Of a stretch of DNA of 64,000 nucleotides, positions 14,080-25,432 are shown piece after piece (the stretch's first letter is position 1; each line of letters opens with the position of its first letter). The position numbers were made by a program, and so were the translations under genes. Under the pieces are notes generated by a model, which saw only the letters and a list, made by a program, of their open reading frames with translations, ran no database searches and was not told the DNA's origin. The DNA is from Lama guanicoe (lineage: Eukaryota), in the NCBI GenBank assembly GCA_013239625.1, contig MU053379.1, positions 4,960,714 to 5,024,713 on the forward strand. The letters run 5' to 3'.

Positions 14080-15500
14080 CCAGCTGCTGACCGCGCTTCC
14101 CGCCCCGGCCACCCACCACAGCTCTGTTGGTTTACATGGGCGGGGTCGCTCGCCAGGAGAGTTGCCGGCGGCACCTGGCGGCGACAACAGCCAGAAGCTT
14201 TTGGGTCCTGTCTCCCGCCCCGGGGCATGAACGGGAAGTCCGGATTCCTCGGCGCCCCGCGCCCTCCACCCCCGCCCGGAGCAGGTGTCGCGCGCTCTGC
14301 TCCCGGCGGGCGGGCGCGCTCGGCGGTGCTGGGTGGTGCGGGGCGGTGGGGGCCCAAGTTAAACTTGGAAGACGCCCACCGGGGAGCCGGCGGCTGCTCA
14401 AGGCCAGCAGCTGGGCGCCCAAGCCGGGACGGGGTAGTCCGGGGAGGGGAGGGGTGGTGGTGACTGCGCCCCGCGCTGGGGGGCCAGGGCCCGGGCGCTG
14501 GAGGAGGGGGCGTGTGGGGCTGCCGTCCGCCTGGCCTTGGATGGCCTCCGCTGGGCTGAGTCCCCTCCCCGGGAGTCGGGGCGCCCCAGTCCCGAGCCCA
14601 CTCACCAGACACGTTTAACTGGCCTCCGAGAAACCAGCCGATCCTGCCGCTGCGGAAGTCGCAGTCGTACACGGTGTGGTAGGGGGTGTCCCAGACGAGC
14701 CCGTCCCGCGCCAGCGGCCCCCAGAAGGCGGCCGGCTCGCGGACGGCCTGTGCCCTCCGCTCCCGGTACGAGCTGGACCGCTTGGCGGCGGCGGGGGCGC
14801 TGCCCCAGAGCCGGGGGACGGCCGGGCCCTGCGACCCCACCCCACGCACGCCGCCCAGGAGCCGCAGGACGCCGCGGCCCAGACTGCGCGCCGCCATCGC
14901 GCCTCGGAGCCCCGCGCGGCTGCTGCGAGCCGGGCCCTCGCGTGTCCGCGCCCCCCGCCGGCCCCGCCCTCCGGCCACACCTCCCGGAGCCGCCCCGCCC
15001 CGTCCCACCCCTCTTCTCCGACCTCGAGAGGGGCGGCCAAGGGAGAAGGAGCTGCTGGGGCAGAGACGCCGGGAGCGGGGGAAGGGGGTCCCCGCCCGGC
15101 TGCTGGGGTTTCCGTTGGTGCGTCTTCAAGCTCCGACGGCTGCGCCGCGCGGGGAACCGCCGACTCGCGCGCGAGGACGCAGGCTCTGCCCGGAGTGTGG
15201 AACCAACCGTGTGCGGTGCGAGGGAACCGATACAGACGCAGGGCACCGGCGGAGCGAGGCTCGCAGGTGGGTCCCAGGACGACCCAGTTGGGTCATTTCA
15301 GCACCTCAAAGGCTGAAGTCAAAGTATCCACCGATTTGTGCGCCCTTGAGAGTGGACCCTCACGCGGCCTCATCGGCCTGTACACCCCCCTCCACCAAAA
15401 CACACACACAAGCGGACCTCGTGGGCTAAGCGGGCTGGTTGGGGGTTCTTGGGCCAGGAGGCTGTGGGGTCCCGGGGCGGCGGTCAGGGGTCGGATGCTT
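14080..15500. promoter_or_regulatory. ACSS1: CpG island / TATA-less GC-box promoter of ACSS1
   Basis: Dense CpGs spanning exon 1, with Sp/KLF GC boxes (ccccgccc) at about 14960-15000 just upstream of the ATG. Confidence 0.9.
14606..14897 (-). CDS. ACSS1: Mitochondrial acetyl-CoA synthetase, coding exon 1 (292 nt; transit peptide plus N-terminus)
   Basis: MAARSLGRGVLRLLGG...REPAAFWGPLARDGLVWDTPYHTVYDCDFRSGRIGWFLGGQLNVS. Good Kozak context (gcgATGG), Arg-rich presequence without acidic residues, donor G|gtgagt at 14605. Confidence 0.97.
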
Positions 15501-16026
15501 TAATGTGGCAGAGAAGCAAAAGCTCCAGTAACCTCGGCTGATTTGGAACTCTGGGGGCTTCCGCCCACAGCTGCAGCACCCACGCATCTGGGGCCCGTGT
15601 GCAAAACCGGGCCGTTCTCGCTCTGGGACCTCCGGCCAGTGCCTTCATGTCTCCGGGCCTCCTTTTCCTTTCATGGAGTAAAACGGGAGTCCTGTCTCCC
15701 TCCCCCGGCTGCAGAAAGACTCAGTGAGTGGCTGTCTGAAACCTGCAGCCTGGAAGAGGCGCCCAGGGGGCCCAGAATTGGAGGCGGTTCTCTTGTTGTC
15801 AAGCCAGAAGAGCCAGGAGGAAAACCGCAGAAACTTGTCTCAGCCACTCTTAAGTATCAACCCCCCACGAAGTAAACACATTAGAAGTAAAGTAAACAGA
15901 AGGGAAAGGGGCTTTTTGAAAACCGGTTGGTTGAGTTCTCTGGAAAGATCCCTTCCTGTTAGCCGTAAGGGCTGCAGGGAGATCTCGACCATTCAGAGGG
16001 GTTTCTGTTGTCAGTCAGCCGGGCAG

Positions 16027-16027
<1 letters not shown>

Positions 16028-16077
<50 letters not shown>

Positions 16078-16092
16078 CGCGCGCGCGCGCGC
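16028..16092. repeat. Compound (TG)21-(CG)n microsatellite
   Basis: 65 bp of uninterrupted purine-pyrimidine alternation. Confidence 0.98.
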
Positions 16093-16970
16093 TCTTTAAG
16101 GCTGGGAACAGATAAACTGCGCTAGACAGGGCTCTGCTCTGTGCCAAGCGCTTGATCTGCATTTTTCACTGAATTCAAAATTATCTAGTACTATCAAGTC
16201 CCAACAACTCTCAACTCCCACTAGGGAGGGAAACGCACGAGGGCGCTGAGCCCAAAGAAATAGACAGACTTGCTAAAAGGCACACGGCGGGCAGCACCGC
16301 CCTCCTACCTCAACATGTGCTTCACCGCCTGGCCTGGAGCAGCGTTTTTAATAGAATAAACACAGCTGAAGTGGAGAAAGACCATAACTGTTCAGGGAGG
16401 GGGACAGCCCAAAGACGGCCACCAGCACTTCCGCTGCTGCGTCAGCAGGCAGAGCTGCTCCGGGGCCACAGCTGCTCCTGCCCTCCCGCTGGGAGGACCC
16501 AGCCTTCCGGAGGAGGAGACCCTGTGGGTCAAAGGTGCTGCCTCCCTTATCAATAAACAAAGGATGTGCCGCCGCCCCCAACTGGGAGCCCTGAGGGAAC
16601 TCAGGATGTAAGGAGGCTGCCGGCCGCGAGGCCCTCAGCCCCTGCACCAACCCCAAGGGTGCACCTGAGGGGACTCGGGTCGGGAGAGAACAGGACACCG
16701 GCCCTGGACAGCTGAGGTGCAGATCAAAGGAAGGATTTCAGTGGGCCCAGACTCCGGTATCTTCCCATACATAGAAAAGCACCAAATTCCTTAACTTGAG
16801 ATGTCTGGTTTTCCTTATTTAACGGTAATCTTTTGATGTTCTGACTACTTGGTCTTTGTTGCAAAACCCCCTAAGTATCCTGGCCCCTCCCCTGCCTGTT
16901 GGGAGTGATCTGAGAGGCGTCTCCCCAGCCTGAAGTCCTCTGAAAGTCCGCCTAAGAAGTATAATTCTCA

Positions 16971-17615
16971 GTAGGCAAACAGTGTGCGACCGTATAGTGT
17001 GAGCTGAAATAAATTACGCAGCCTAGAAGCTGAGAGTTACGATGTATTAGGTGGGCTTCTCTGAGGACTGAGATCCCTCCGAGCCCGGGAGGGCAGCCTC
17101 CCGGATCGCCCTAGGGGACGGACGGCTCCGAAGAGGCAGGGAGGGGCCAGGACATACAGGAGCTTTACAGCAAAGGCCAGGTAGTCAGAATGCTGAAAGA
17201 TTACTTGTTAACTGAAGAAAACCAGGCTCTCAAGGTAGAGAATTTAACACTATTCCTTGGGGGGGGAGCAGCCATTGGGCTCATTGTCTTCATTCCTTTG
17301 GCAAGCACCTAGTTGTCTAGGGCCAGTGTCCTGTCCTTTCTTATTCTGAGTCCCCGCAGGCTGCAGAGGCCGGGCTGCCTGCCTGCCTTCACTTTGCGGA
17401 GGGTGGGGTGGCAGCTGATGACTTGATGGCTTCAGCATTCTTTGCTTACTGATAGGGTTTGCATTGTTTGTCGTTCACGACAGCACCGGGAACTACAGTC
17501 ACTGTCTTGTAGTAACCTATAAAGAAAAGGAATATACCTATGTTCCTGTACGACTGAAACATGATGCTGTGCACCAGAAACTGACACATTCTAAACTGAC
17601 TATACTTCAATTAAA
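16971..17615 (+). mobile_element. L1 3'-end fragment (artiodactyl type), itself interrupted by an LTR
   Basis: ...cagcaccgggaactacagt...gctgtgcaccagaaactgacacattctaaactgactatacttcaattaaa is an L1 3' UTR terminus, and TSDs are present. Confidence 0.8.
16998..17479 (-). mobile_element. ERV1-class solo LTR (inner element), related to the outer LTR but in reverse orientation
   Basis: Reverse complement aligns to the 3' part of the outer LTR (tcctggcccctccc...agtcctc...ctctca...taggytg). Termini tg...cg, with 4-bp TSD-like atag/acag. Confidence 0.72.
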
Positions 17616-18222
17616 AGTAATAATTCTCAATGTTTAGGTTGTGCTTTTTTTTCAGTCCATAACCGCATGGAGTGAACAATGGAAAAGTACAAGAATTGAC
17701 TCTACTTTAAAATAAAATACGAAGCTGGCGTCTCCTTCAGGTGGATAAAGAGAAGCGAGTGTGTACAGAAAACACTGCAGAAACTGGCAGGCAGCACAGA
17801 ACCCAAGTGACCCCGAGGCCAAGGCTGCCACCGGGTCCTCCTGGAAGCGGCTGTCCGGGAACCACGGCGGGGGAAGCCACACCCCGCCACCCGCCCTGCT
17901 GGGTCCGCAGGCCTGCGTCCCACTGGGCCTTGGCCCTTCCCAGGGAGCAGCCGGCCCAGCGGGAGGCACCGGTCACAGAAGCCACCTCCCCAATGGGTCC
18001 TGCGGGAGCCGGGCTCACTTGGTGTCTACGTGGGAGACAGCGCCCCTCACAGTCCTCACAGAAGGAGGCTGTGGTCCTCACTTTACATGTGGAGAGACAC
18101 ACAGAGGAGAGACGCCCACCCAAGGCCACACAGCCAGTGAGTGGCGGAGCCTTGCCCTCCAGAGCTCGCACCTCTAACTACTCTCTGAGACCCTACACCC
18201 CGCGTCGCTGGGGTCGCATTGC

Positions 18223-18833
18223 TGACACAGGGAAATGAATGCGGGCAAGAGGAGGGCCGTGCCCCAGGTCTCGCTGAGCCCCTGGAATGCACCCAACCAA
18301 GAGTGGGTCCTTGGCTTCATGCGGGAAAGAATTCAAGAGCGAGCCACAGCTGACTAAAGGCAGATTTTATTCAGAGATACACACTCTGCAGACAGAGTGT
18401 GGCTGTTTCAAAAGAGGAAAGGGTGAGAGGCCATGAGGTGCAGGGGTGGGTGCTCAGCAGATACACAGTCCGTCCCGCTCAGAAGGGAGAGCCGGGTGGC
18501 TGGGTTTTATGGGCTCGGGGGCTTCATATGCCAACACGAGGGAAGGTTATTCCAGCGACTTTGGGGAAGGGGCTGGGATTCCCAGGAACTGGGCCCCTGC
18601 CCACTTTTGGACCTTTTACAGTCAGCCTGGGACCCCTCAGGCCGCCCAGGGGTGCCGTTTACCGTGTTAATACATTACAATGAGCGTGTGATGCAGCTCA
18701 AGGTCACTGGAGGTCAAATCTCCCGCCATCTTGGGCCTCAAGGCCTGTTGGGAGTTGAATTTTCCAACACCTTGGTGTTCATTGCTGTGCCATCTCTTGA
18801 ATGGCCATGCCCTGTCCTCTTCTTTCCTGTTAC
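18223..18833 (-). mobile_element. ERV1-class solo LTR (family B)
   Basis: TG...CA termini, minus-strand AATAAA at about 18366-18371, and end-to-end similarity to the copy at 22494-23115. Confidence 0.82.
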
Positions 18834-20862
18834 AGCTCGACACTCCTAAGAAGCAGCTCTGTTGATACGGGTCCTGGCAGACCCAGCGCCCCCTCCGCAG
18901 ACCCAGCACTGAGCCACCAGCACCTCCAAGAGCCTGCGCAGCCCCGCTGTGTGCAAGGCCCACTCGGCTGTCGGCCGGACAAGGCTGAGGCAGGCACAGC
19001 CCAGGGCCCGAGGCCATGACTGGGGAGAGGACTGAAATGCAAGGCAAAACCAGAATGGGAATCCACATTAAGAGCCCCGAGGTGGGTTGGGGGAATTAGG
19101 GGCCCGGATGCTGGGGGTCTGGGATTGGCTGCACATGTGTGTCAGGCTCCCTGCCCTCGGAGTCTGCCTTCCCTGATGTCCCCATGACCTCAGTGGCAGC
19201 AATACCATGTGGGGAGGCTTGTCCCCATGGCTGCACAGTGGGGGCCCCACGACCCCCAGGCAGCGCCCTGCAACACCGCATACCAGACCCCTGGGGGTGA
19301 GCGTGCACACCCCACACCTGCAGGGTTCACCCAACTACGTACAGTGGCCCCAGGACGGGAGGCTCACCACCAACCAGCGGGAAAGACCGTGGTGACAACC
19401 TGGATGTAGTCCTGGCAGTGTGGGGCTGGCTGCGGGGTCCTCCTGGAGTTGGGGGCCCCTATCTGAGGATGAGGCCGTGTAGGGTGGCCAGACTTCATGG
19501 TGGGTCTCTTCTCAGGCAGCTCTGGTCATGAGCACCCTCAATGTCATCAACTCCCAGTCCTGGTCACCCTTCACCCCCTAGCCCTGCGTGAGCTGGGGTG
19601 TCCTCCAGCCATAAACCGCAGGAAGGACTTGGCCAGGCACTGTGCTCATCCCAGGGAGGACACACCAGACTGAGATCACAGTCTTTTCTGCTTCTGTAAC
19701 ATAGCTTCTGCAGGGTGGGGGCTGCACAGGTGTATTTAAGGGCTGGTGCCCTCCTCTCCCCTCTCCTTTCCTTGTCTTTCTTTGCCCCCCTCCCCGCTCG
19801 AGGGGCGCTGTTCCTCCTGCTACTTCAAGGCCCCAACAGCCACGTCTCCCTCTCGAGCTCACCTCTCGTGTTTCCCTGATGAAGGTGGCCTCCCCAGAAC
19901 TGACTTTCCCCCAGACTGCAGGACTGCAATGCAACCAGGGGTGGGTGGTCTGACGGATTCTGGTCCAGTCGCTTCTGAGAATGGTGGCTCTCTGGCTAAG
20001 GTCTATATTTCACATACATACAATTGAAAATTGTGGGGCCAGGCAGATAGGACGGGTGCTCTCAGCTGGTCTTGGAGTTTCCTTTGAACATGAATCTGAT
20101 CAGCGGGCAGGTGAGGGGAAGAAGCTGCCTGTCAACAGGCCAGGGCAACACTGCCCGGAGAAGCCAGCTCCCTCGGCCACCCGGACCCTCAACCCAAGCA
20201 GCCAGCAGGTCTCCCCACATGTGCCCGAACGGCCACGAGGCCACTCGTCCTCGCTGTTTGTCCTGCGGGTCCGTTGACTGGCAGAGGCCTGTGCAGTCCC
20301 GATGTCCCCTTGGTGGTCTCAGGCCAGCGGAAGTCCTTGCTCTGACACCCGTTTGGTGGTGATAACTTGGCGCCTCAGGATAAGAGGAGGAGGGGACTGT
20401 CGGAGGGAAGCCAGGGAGCAGCCTTTGGGCTGGGCTGAGAGGTCCGCGCCTTCCTGCCTGAGACAGCAAAGGCAGCTGAGTCTCCACCTGCGGCCCCAGG
20501 AACATCTTGGGCCTCCCCAGCCTCTCGCTCCATCAACCCACGTGTGAGGGTTTATGACCCAAGCACAACTTTGAGACTTAGACCATGGAGGGAGAGGTCA
20601 GCCAGCAAACATGTGCGGACCACCTGGGGTGGCCACCGCTCTGGGTCCCAAAAAGAGATTACAGAGGCCCAACCCTGAGAGCACCAGCTCCAGACCAGGC
20701 GGCGGTGGACTGAGCAGGGGCCCGATGAGTCTTGACTGACTGGCTGATTGTGCGTTGATTGAATGGAAAGATGAGTGACAGAAAACAAAACAGATTTTTA
20801 TTTTCCTGAGAGTATATGAAATTGTATAACGTGAAATTGGTTGGGGTTTTTTTGTTCAATTG

Positions 20863-21075
20863 TTTTTTAATTGAAGCACAGTCAGTTACAGTGCATCAGT
20901 TTCTGGTGTCCCGCATAATGTCCCAGCCATGCATATACATATGTATATTCATTTTCATAGTCTTTTTCATTAAAGGTTATTATAAGATATTGAATACGGT
21001 TCCTTGTGCTATACAGAAGGAGTTTATGTTTTTTAATCAATTTTTATATATAGTGGTTAACTTTTGCAAATTTCA
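20863..21075 (-). mobile_element. L1 3'-end fragment
   Basis: ttttaattgaagcacagtcagttacag...atattgaatacggttccttgtgctatacag is an antisense L1 3' UTR terminus. Confidence 0.85.
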
Positions 21076-21769
21076 AACTATTATTAAGTTTCTAATAGTA
21101 CAGGTTTTAACAAATTTTAAAGCTGGCCAACACTGCCCCCTGGTGATGGGTTCACTTTAAAGTTGCCTCCTGTCCTGATGGGGAACGTTTTTTGTAATCA
21201 GAATCACGTGCCTCCAAGTCACATCTCCATCAGGGGAAGTCCAGGAGCATTTCCTGAACCGGGAGGCCCTTGGAATAGTCCTTGTCTCTTCGATGAATTA
21301 ATCACCGTAGATCAGTTGCATTCAGTACGGCAGCCTGAACTCGAGGGACAGACACTCTTAAGGAGGGGCAGGATCAAATGCATGCGGCAGAGTCGGTCAA
21401 GGTGGTGGGCCGGGCACAGGAAGTAACAGGAGTTATTTACTTAAAATCATGATAAATTGAGAAAAGACGAGGCCTGTGTGTCGGAGTCCATTTGGGCCAT
21501 TTTAACAAAGCACCACCAACTTAAACACAGAAAACATGGCTCACGGGACAATTCTGTCACTGAAGGGGTTTCAAAGGGGAGACTGCCGAGGCCAGTGACT
21601 CAGCAGGTGGGTTGGAAGGAGGAAGGCAGAAAAAGAGAAATTCCACTGCACAGAAGTGTTCAAGCTGTGCCTTTGGTTGAGTGTGACTGCGGGTCAGGCC
21701 AGTGCACAGCCACGAGCCTGCCAGCAGGTGGCACCAGCCTGTTCCTTGTGATGATTTATTTATATGGGT

Positions 21770-21917
21770 CTTTTTTTTCTTTTTTCTTTTTGAAATTTAT
21801 TTGAGGGAAGGTAATTATGGTTTTTAAAATGTATTTTTTAGTGCAGGTACTGGAGATTGATCTCAGGACCTCGTGCAGGCTAAGCACGCGCTCCACCGCT
21901 GAGCTGCATCCTCCCCC
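21770..21917 (-). mobile_element. tRNA-Ala-derived SINE (camelid Vic-1-like)
   Basis: Reverse complement ggggaggatgcagctcagcggtggagcgcgtgcttagc...gaggtcctgagatcaatctccagtacc has A/B boxes and an A-rich tail. Confidence 0.88.
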
Positions 21918-22493
21918 TGACCTGTTAATCTTGGTGGAAAGCCAGGCTTGGATGAATTTTGGGGAAGTGAGGAGGGTCCAGAAAAGTCAGAATGATGCCT
22001 TGGGTACCTACAGTCACCCCAATGACAACCTGTGTGGAGGCACATACTTCGGACCCTTAAGGGCAAGAGCGCTCCTGTAAGAGCTGCAGGACCTTGACCC
22101 AGGTCACGATGCAATGCTGCCTCCGTCAGTGGGTACCAGACGTGGGAAAGCACACGCCACACTTGGGAGAACAGCGCTCCTGTGCTAAGCTTGCTCAGCC
22201 GTTTGCATCACCGGGAGCCCTGCACTGGAAAGTCAGTGAACAGGGACCCTCGGTGGTGGCCGGGACTCGCACCCTCCTCCGGGCAGACACAGCTGCGTGA
22301 GAACATCCCCCCAGGACCCGCCTTCTGCAGGATTAGAGGGTGAGGCTGAAGGTAATCGTGACCCCAAATGGTGTTTGGAGCAGTCTGGGTGCTGCCTGAT
22401 AAGATCCTGTAAATAGGGCCCAGATGAGCAGAAGTTAACATTGGAGAATGGAGAATTTCGCCACAGTTCTCTGAGAACAGGTCTGCCTGGCCC

Positions 22494-23115
22494 TGAGACA
22501 GGAGGGAAGAGGGAAGGGCACTGCCATTCAAGAAATAACACAGCAATTAGCACCAAGATGGCGTAAAACTCAATTCCCAACAGGCCTGAGGCCCAGGACG
22601 GTGGGAGACTTGCCTTCCAGCGGCCTCAATCGGCGCCCTGTGCTCCCTGTAGTGTGCTAACGCGGTAAGCGGTACCCAACAGGCGCCGTGGCAGTTCCCA
22701 GGCTGACCACGAGGGGTCAGAGGTGCGCAGTGGCCCACCGGGAACCCCAGCCCCTGCCCACAGTGGTTGGAATCACCCTCCCATTTGTTGGCGTATGAAA
22801 CAGCCGAGCCCACAGCGACCAAGCGCCCCGCACCTCACGGCCGCGCTCCCTTCTGAGCGAGGCGCCTGCGCTGGGCCTGTGGCCTGTGTGTCTGCTGAGC
22901 GCCCACCCCCCGCCTCAGGCCTCTCACTCCCTCGTCCTCTGGAACAGCCTGCACTCTGTGGAGCGTGTATCGCTCTGAACAAATCTATCTTCACTCCGCC
23001 GTGGCTTCTCTTGCTCTTAAATTTTTTCCTGTGCGAAGCCAAGGACCCACACTGAGGACTCAACTAAGACCTGGGACACGGCCCTCCTCTCGCTCGCATT
23101 CTATTTCCTGGATCA
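22494..23115 (+). mobile_element. ERV1-class solo LTR (family B), inverted relative to 18223-18833
   Basis: tgagacaggagggaagagg...gccattcaaga...caccaagatggcg...gaagccaaggacccac...atttcctggatca aligns to the reverse complement of 18223-18833. Confidence 0.82.
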
Positions 23116-23812
23116 GCGCTGCATCCAGGAAAAGTCCTTGGTCCCCTCCCAGGATTCTGAAACCTTGCAGCCCCTATTCAGCTTCCAAAGTGAGGCCCTA
23201 AGAACGCCCAAAGCAATATCAGATCAATGGCCTGGGTTCACTGGCTGCTGCACACCCAGCAGGAGCCCACAGGAGCTGGGCACAGGGAAAGCAGAGCAGA
23301 GGGAAGGCAGGGCCGTCGGCCTTCTCAGCGCTTCGCCAGCTCCTGGGACACCAGCTGCAAGAGCCTGTGACGCCTGGGAGGGTGGAAAGTGGTTTTCTGC
23401 CCTGGACGGAGAGGGTTCTTCCCCAAACCCTGAGTCCTGCCAGCCCGTCTGGCCTACTAGGACTTGCGAAGCCATTAGCCTGCCTGCTTACCTCCCACTC
23501 AGGTTCCTTCCAACAGTAAGTTTCCTTTATTTTAAAACCAAATAGTCATATGTCCCCGGTAGAAACTCAAGTGACGCAGGAGGACACAGCGGACAACGGA
23601 GCCCCTATCCTCTGGTCCCCTCCCCAGCCTTTCTGCTCCGAGTCAACCTTGCAAGACATAGGTATGTATTAAAAGCTTTTCAGCATCTATTCAGATAAGC
23701 TTTTTTGGTTTGTTTGGGCTTTAAAAAGGTGTGTAAATCCCTTCCTTTCACAGGATTAAATTGTCTTTGCGTGCCTGGGGAGACCTTCCATGCGTCAGCG
23801 GCATTTTCAGTT

Positions 23813-24255
23813 CAGTCATCCCTGCTTATCCCCAGGTTCCCTTTCCCTGGTTTCAGCTACCTGAGGTCCACCTCAGTCTGAAAATATTAAGTGGAAAGTT
23901 CCAGAAATAAGCCATTCCTAAGTTTTAAGTCTCGTGCTGCTCTGAGTCACGTGATAAAGTCCTGAGCCACCCACTCTGTCCCCTGGGATCCCCAGCCGTG
24001 CACACCATCTGCTCCCAACGTCCAGCTGTCAGCATCCTCAGGGCCCCGCAGTCCAGGACCACCTGGAGCACATGGTCCTCCCTCTGACCTCGTCACACAC
24101 GCATTTTATCATCTCACCTCGTCCCAAGCGGAAGGGTGAGTAGCCTGCAGTCAGATGTTTTGAGAGAGAGGGGCTGCACTCACATAACCTTTATTACAGG
24201 GTTTTGTTGTCTTTGTCCTATGTCGTTAATTATCGTTAATCTCTTACTGTGCCTC
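23813..24255 (+). mobile_element. MER44/Tigger7-like TcMar DNA transposon fossil (truncated)
   Basis: cagtcatccctgcttatcc...gaaaatattaagtggaaagttccagaaataa...gttaatctcttactgtgcct matches the recalled MER44 consensus. Confidence 0.82.
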
Positions 24256-24635
24256 AAGAATTCACACGTGACTCCACCTAGATTCAGAGCTATTTTCTAG
24301 TATAACTGGCTTTGACTTTCTTAATTATTGCTCTTTCATATTTCATGCCTACTCTGGAGTCAATGTTAGTAACATGTACTTCTCCAGAAAACGTGTCCAT
24401 TTGTGGGAGAGTTTAAAAACACGTCAATGTGCATCTTGGCTGTGACTAGTATGTTCTCATACATTCACATGGTTTTTATCGCCGGCTCTGGGCCCTTTCC
24501 CTCTCACCTCGTCCTGTCTTCTCCATATAATATTGCCTAGAAACTTGTCCACTGTTTGTTTATTTTTCATGCCAGTTAAGTTTGTGTTTTTCTGTCTCCT
24601 GACACTGTTCTTTTACTGAGTAATAGTCAGTTTAC

Positions 24636-24740
24636 AAAAAATATGGAACGCTTCGCGAATCTGCGTGTCATCTCTGCGCAGGGGCCATGCTGATCTCTGT
24701 GTCGTTCCAGTTTCAGCACACGTGCTGCCAAAGCGAGCAG
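24636..24740 (-). pseudogene. Full-length U6 snRNA pseudogene
   Basis: Reverse complement aligns end to end with U6 (13 substitutions plus a 3-nt deletion just after the ACAGAGA box). It sits in repeat-derived DNA and I see no PSE/TATA upstream. Confidence 0.95.
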
Positions 24741-24773
24741 TTTAGTTCCTTTATTTCATTTTTATTCTACTTT

Positions 24774-24893
24774 GGGGGGAGGGACAGTAATTAAGTTTAT
24801 GTATTTCCTTTTTAATGGAGGTACTGGGGATTGAGCCCAGGACCTCGTGCATGCTAAGTACATGCTCTACCACTTGAGCTGTACCCTCCCCCC
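24774..24893 (-). mobile_element. tRNA-Ala-derived SINE (Vic-1-like)
   Basis: tRNA-Ala-like head. 19-bp TSD ttcatttttattct(a/g)cttt at 24755-24773 and 24894-24912. Confidence 0.92.
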
Positions 24894-25432
24894 TTCATTT
24901 TTATTCTGCTTTACAAATTTTTTTATTTCTGCTTGTATCCTCTTTTTTGGGTTTCTTTGGGAGCTTTTCACTTGGCAAAATTTCATGAACATACTTCCAC
25001 ATAAACATGCCCTGTTATTACCTTGTTTAGTGGCTGCGCAGTATTTTATTTTCGATTGTGATGTATATCAGTTGCACAGGTTACTGGCTCCTGCCCCAAA
25101 TCTGAACCACAGAGAAACTGGGGAGAGAGATGGAGAAGACGCTTCCTGACCCTTCCCCAGCACCTGCTCTCCTGCGCCAGCCGCGCACCCCAGCCGCGAT
25201 CGCTACACACGAGAACAAATGAAAAAAGGCAGGACGTTGTTCCTGTGGCTGCAGGAAGGATGGGTGGCATTTAATTTTCACAACCGTGTGCAGAGGGGCC
25301 GCAGCCTGGGTGTGAGGTTCTTCAGATGTGAGGTTTCAGGGACAAGGAGGTGGGGAGCCCCTGGCGGGGGCAGCAGGAAGAGAGCTGCAGGCAGGACAGA
25401 CAGCGCCTGAGACTCAAGCACATCACACAACG

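Larger units (their letters stand above)
16712..17660 (+). mobile_element. ERV1-class solo LTR (outer element), split at 16970/17616 by an L1 insertion; left boundary uncertain
   Basis: U3/R/U5-like sequence ending ...tttaggttgtgctttttttcagtc. Duplicated aagt(a)ataattctca flanks the insert. Confidence 0.7.

Noticed and set aside
13917..15008. 363-aa ORF as a single-exon ACSS1
   Set aside because: Only 14897-14606 is coding. The upstream part starts at a non-ATG codon in the 5' UTR/promoter, and the downstream part runs past a canonical gtgagt donor into intron 1.
24636..24740. Functional U6 gene or U6-L1 chimeric retrogene
   Set aside because: It has 13 substitutions and a deletion beside the ACAGAGA box, with no visible PSE/TATA. 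Decayed L1-like sequence appears on both sides, which fits insertion into an older L1 better than template switching (not proven).
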